Source: Waterburya sp. (GTDB taxonomy: Bacteria > Cyanobacteriota > Cyanobacteriia > Cyanobacteriales > Xenococcaceae). From it: a stretch of 64,000 nt of DNA. Below, piece after piece: positions 61,780-64,000 of this stretch (positions within the stretch are counted from its first letter, which is position 1; each line of letters starts with the position of its first letter). Location: positions 160,001-224,000 of the forward strand of contig CBDCJV010000002.1 of the NCBI GenBank assembly GCA_965217895.1. The letters run 5' to 3'. A program made the translations under genes and the position numbers. Under the pieces are notes generated by a model, which saw nothing but the letters and a program-made list of their open reading frames with translations, was not told the DNA's origin and did no database searches.

Positions 61780-61990
61780 ACCTGTCTTTGCTTTTGGTTA
61801 ATCATTGAATTTATAGTCACTTTGAGTTTTTGACTTAATTAAAATTAGGTTTATACTCTTTTAAAAGTCAAATTTGCTATACTATGAAAATTTCTTATAT
61901 TAATATTATTTATCATTATCTATAGTAATTCTTCCGCTCGTAGTTAATGTCTATTGAAAGTTATAGATCGTTAGGTGTAGTCAAAAGTTC

Positions 61991-62020
61991 TGTAGGGGCG
62001 AATAGCAGTTCGCCCCTACA
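61991..62020. repeat. REP-like palindrome
   Basis: TGTAGGGGCGAA TAGCAG TTCGCCCCTACA, perfect 12-bp inverted repeat. Confidence 0.75.
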
Positions 62021-62255
62021 GAAGTCAAAAGTTTTTAATTTTTAGGGTTTTTTAAAAATGGTTAGTTTGCTAAAGGCTAAAAGCTAAGAGCTAAAAGCTA
62101 AGAGCTAAGAGCTACGAACAATATTACTAACGGTTTCCTAACTTAAGTCAGCAACGTTAACTAAAAGATATACTTCTAAAGAAAGATGTTATCAATATTC
62201 AAATATTGCATAGTCTAAAAGGCATAGGTAAAAAATATTTTTTATTAAATTTAGA

Positions 62256-62993
62256 ATGAGCAAGATTAGTGTCGTCTTAATTGAAGATCATGACTTAAGC
62301 CGAATCGGTCTGTGTGCAGCCCTCAAGCAATACTCAGATATAGAAATTATTAATAATGCTGCAAATGGCGAAGACGGCTTCAAAAAGGTGACGACTCATC
62401 AACCTGATGTTGCTTTAGTGGATATAGGTTTACCCGACATTGACGGCATTGAGGTAGCTCAAAAACTCAAGCAGTACCAAGCAGAAAATTCTGACTTCAA
62501 TACTAAAATATTGATGTTGACCATGCACGATAGCGAAGATTCAGTGATGGCTGCTTTCGCTGCTGGGGCTGATTCCTATAGCCTCAAAGATGTGAGCATG
62601 GACAATCTGGTGGAGGCAATTCGCACCACTCACGAAGGAAACGCCTGGATCGATCCAGCGATCGCTCGTATTGTGCTTAAGCAGGCTCAATCTACCAAAG
62701 ATACTAGCGCAACCGTGGCTGAAAATATTCCTCAAGCTGAAGATGATACTCAAGCTATTACTGCTATAGCTGAAGAATATCAGCAGCTAATTGAAACTTA
62801 TCCGCTCACCGACAGAGAATTAGAAGTGTTGGAATTAATTGTAGCTGGCTGTAGCAACGCAGAGATATCAGCCAAGCTATATATTACCGTAGGCACAGTT
62901 AAAACTCATGTATGTCATATCCTTAACAAGCTGTGTGCTGATGACCGAACCCAAGCAGCGGTTAGAGCTTTACGGGCAGGGTTGGTTAAGTAA
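62256..62993 (+). CDS. NarL/LuxR family DNA-binding response regulator
   Basis: REC domain plus LTDRELEVL...TVKTHV...DRTQAA. Confidence 0.93.
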   Translation: MSKISVVLIEDHDLSRIGLCAALKQYSDIEIINNAANGEDGFKKVTTHQPDVALVDIGLPDIDGIEVAQKLKQYQAENSDFNTKILMLTMHDSEDSVMAAFAAGADSYSLKDVSMDNLVEAIRTTHEGNAWIDPAIARIVLKQAQSTKDTSATVAENIPQAEDDTQAITAIAEEYQQLIETYPLTDRELEVLELIVAGCSNAEISAKLYITVGTVKTHVCHILNKLCADDRTQAAVRALRAGLVK

Positions 62994-63068
62994 CTGGTAT
63001 TACGCATTAATTGATCTCTAAAGATTAGGTAGAGGGTAGTGGGTAATAACTTATAATAACTTATCTGT

Positions 63069-63189
63069 GGCGTTGCCGAATCGAGGGATGAATTATAAAA
63101 GTTTTAATTTAATACACGTCTGAAAAAGCTAAGAGCTAAAAGCTACGAACAGATTACTTATCAGTTTCATACTTTAAATCAGCAACGCC
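63069..63189. repeat. MITE (GGCGTTGCTGA family), short insert-free copy
   Basis: GGCGTTGCCGA...TCAGCAACGCC; GCTAAGAGCTAAAAGCTACGAACA core. Confidence 0.75.
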
Positions 63190-63318
63190 GAAAAATCTAT
63201 CATCAGAAGGATTTGCTTTATCTTCCTAAATCTATAAAAAGAAAGATGCAGTAGATAAGATTGGTGATATAAAATTAGTAGTCAATTGAAATAAAAAATA
63301 ACAAGGAAAATTAATTTT

Positions 63319-63501
63319 ATGAATCTTTTACTACAGATTGCCAACGCCGAGCCTCACTTTCCTTACCTAGCAGCAGGAGCATTGGTTGTAGGCTTTGTTG
63401 CTGCGGTGAGCATTGGTTCTATTGCTTGGTATAATTCTAAACGTCCTGCTGGCTGGGAAGATAAAGAGCGTCCTGATATTGTTCCCAAGGTTGACAAGTA
63501 A
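63319..63501 (+). CDS. psb35: Photosystem II assembly protein Psb35-like
   Basis: Single TM then IGSIAWYNSKRPAGWEDKERPD. Confidence 0.7.
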   Translation: MNLLLQIANAEPHFPYLAAGALVVGFVAAVSIGSIAWYNSKRPAGWEDKERPDIVPKVDK

Positions 63502-63563
63502 TCGTCGCCAAACCTTTGGTACTCTTAATGTACTATTATAACAAAATTTAAGAGGAAAATGAC

Positions 63564-63869
63564 ATGGAAAACAAAACGCCCAACGACGCTAACTATGACC
63601 GCGGTATTACCTCCGCAGAAACAGCAGCCAGAATGGAAAGAGAGGGAAAAGACTTTAAAGATACTTCTCAAGGTGAAGGCGATTTAGATGCAACTGATGG
63701 TCAAACAGTAGACAGAGAAGGTTTAGCTAATAATTATGCTGTTGAGCCTGAGATGTATATTGATGAACCAGGCGACTTGCGAGAAAAGCAAGAAGCAGAG
63801 AAACAAGAACGTGCCGAAGAATTAGAAGATATTAATACACCTGGCGGTAAAGGCACGGGTATCATCTAG
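63564..63869 (+). CDS. Small acidic protein with EGLxNNYAxEPxMY motif
   Basis: DREGLANNYAVEPEMY resembles the Psb34/Ssl1498-type N-terminal motif (from memory); no TM helix. Confidence 0.6.
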   Translation: MENKTPNDANYDRGITSAETAARMEREGKDFKDTSQGEGDLDATDGQTVDREGLANNYAVEPEMYIDEPGDLREKQEAEKQERAEELEDINTPGGKGTGII

Positions 63870-64000
63870 GGAATCTAAATGATGGTAGGTACATTTTGTT
63901 TACCGACATTGGCATCAAGTTGTCTGTAATGTAGGAATATCAAAGGTAAAACTATCTTTGAGACATTTATTAAAATTTGGTTTTTGATCGCAGCCTCGGA

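Noticed and set aside
62075..62120. GCTAA(A/G)A heptamer arrays (also 4572-4600, 25417-25435, 51786-51808) as CRISPR
   Set aside because: Short tandem repeats without spacers; no cas genes
3400..62753. Many short antisense ORFs overlapping real genes (e.g. 3400, 4157, 10698, 18419, 43198, 61511)
   Set aside because: Shadow frames of well-supported genes on the opposite strand

Overview
AT-rich cyanobacterial chromosomal window (psbU, ycf34, psb35-like, narM-like genes; very frequent HIP1 octamer GCGATCGC). It holds mostly housekeeping genes (cobW, sfsA, mutS, arfB, cca, nadB, serS, dcd, rnc, ribD), three type II toxin-antitoxin pairs, a small polysaccharide cluster, a two-component cluster, three IS982 copies, a decayed ISAs1 and several MITE families. 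Two things stand out. (1) thyX is split by an 876-nt group I intron (38639-39514, minus strand) with recognisable P/Q/R/S core elements and an HNH endonuclease ORF; removing it restores RQWWKHV and a 238-aa ThyX. (2) Several families of tiny GC-rich structured insertions (21, 48, about 51 and about 57 nt) recur with the same predicted fold but different sequences; they land in frame in genes (a porin, IS982 and ISAs1 transposases) and nest inside MITEs, and no mobilising enzyme is evident in the window. Product calls come from motif recognition by eye, not database searches.
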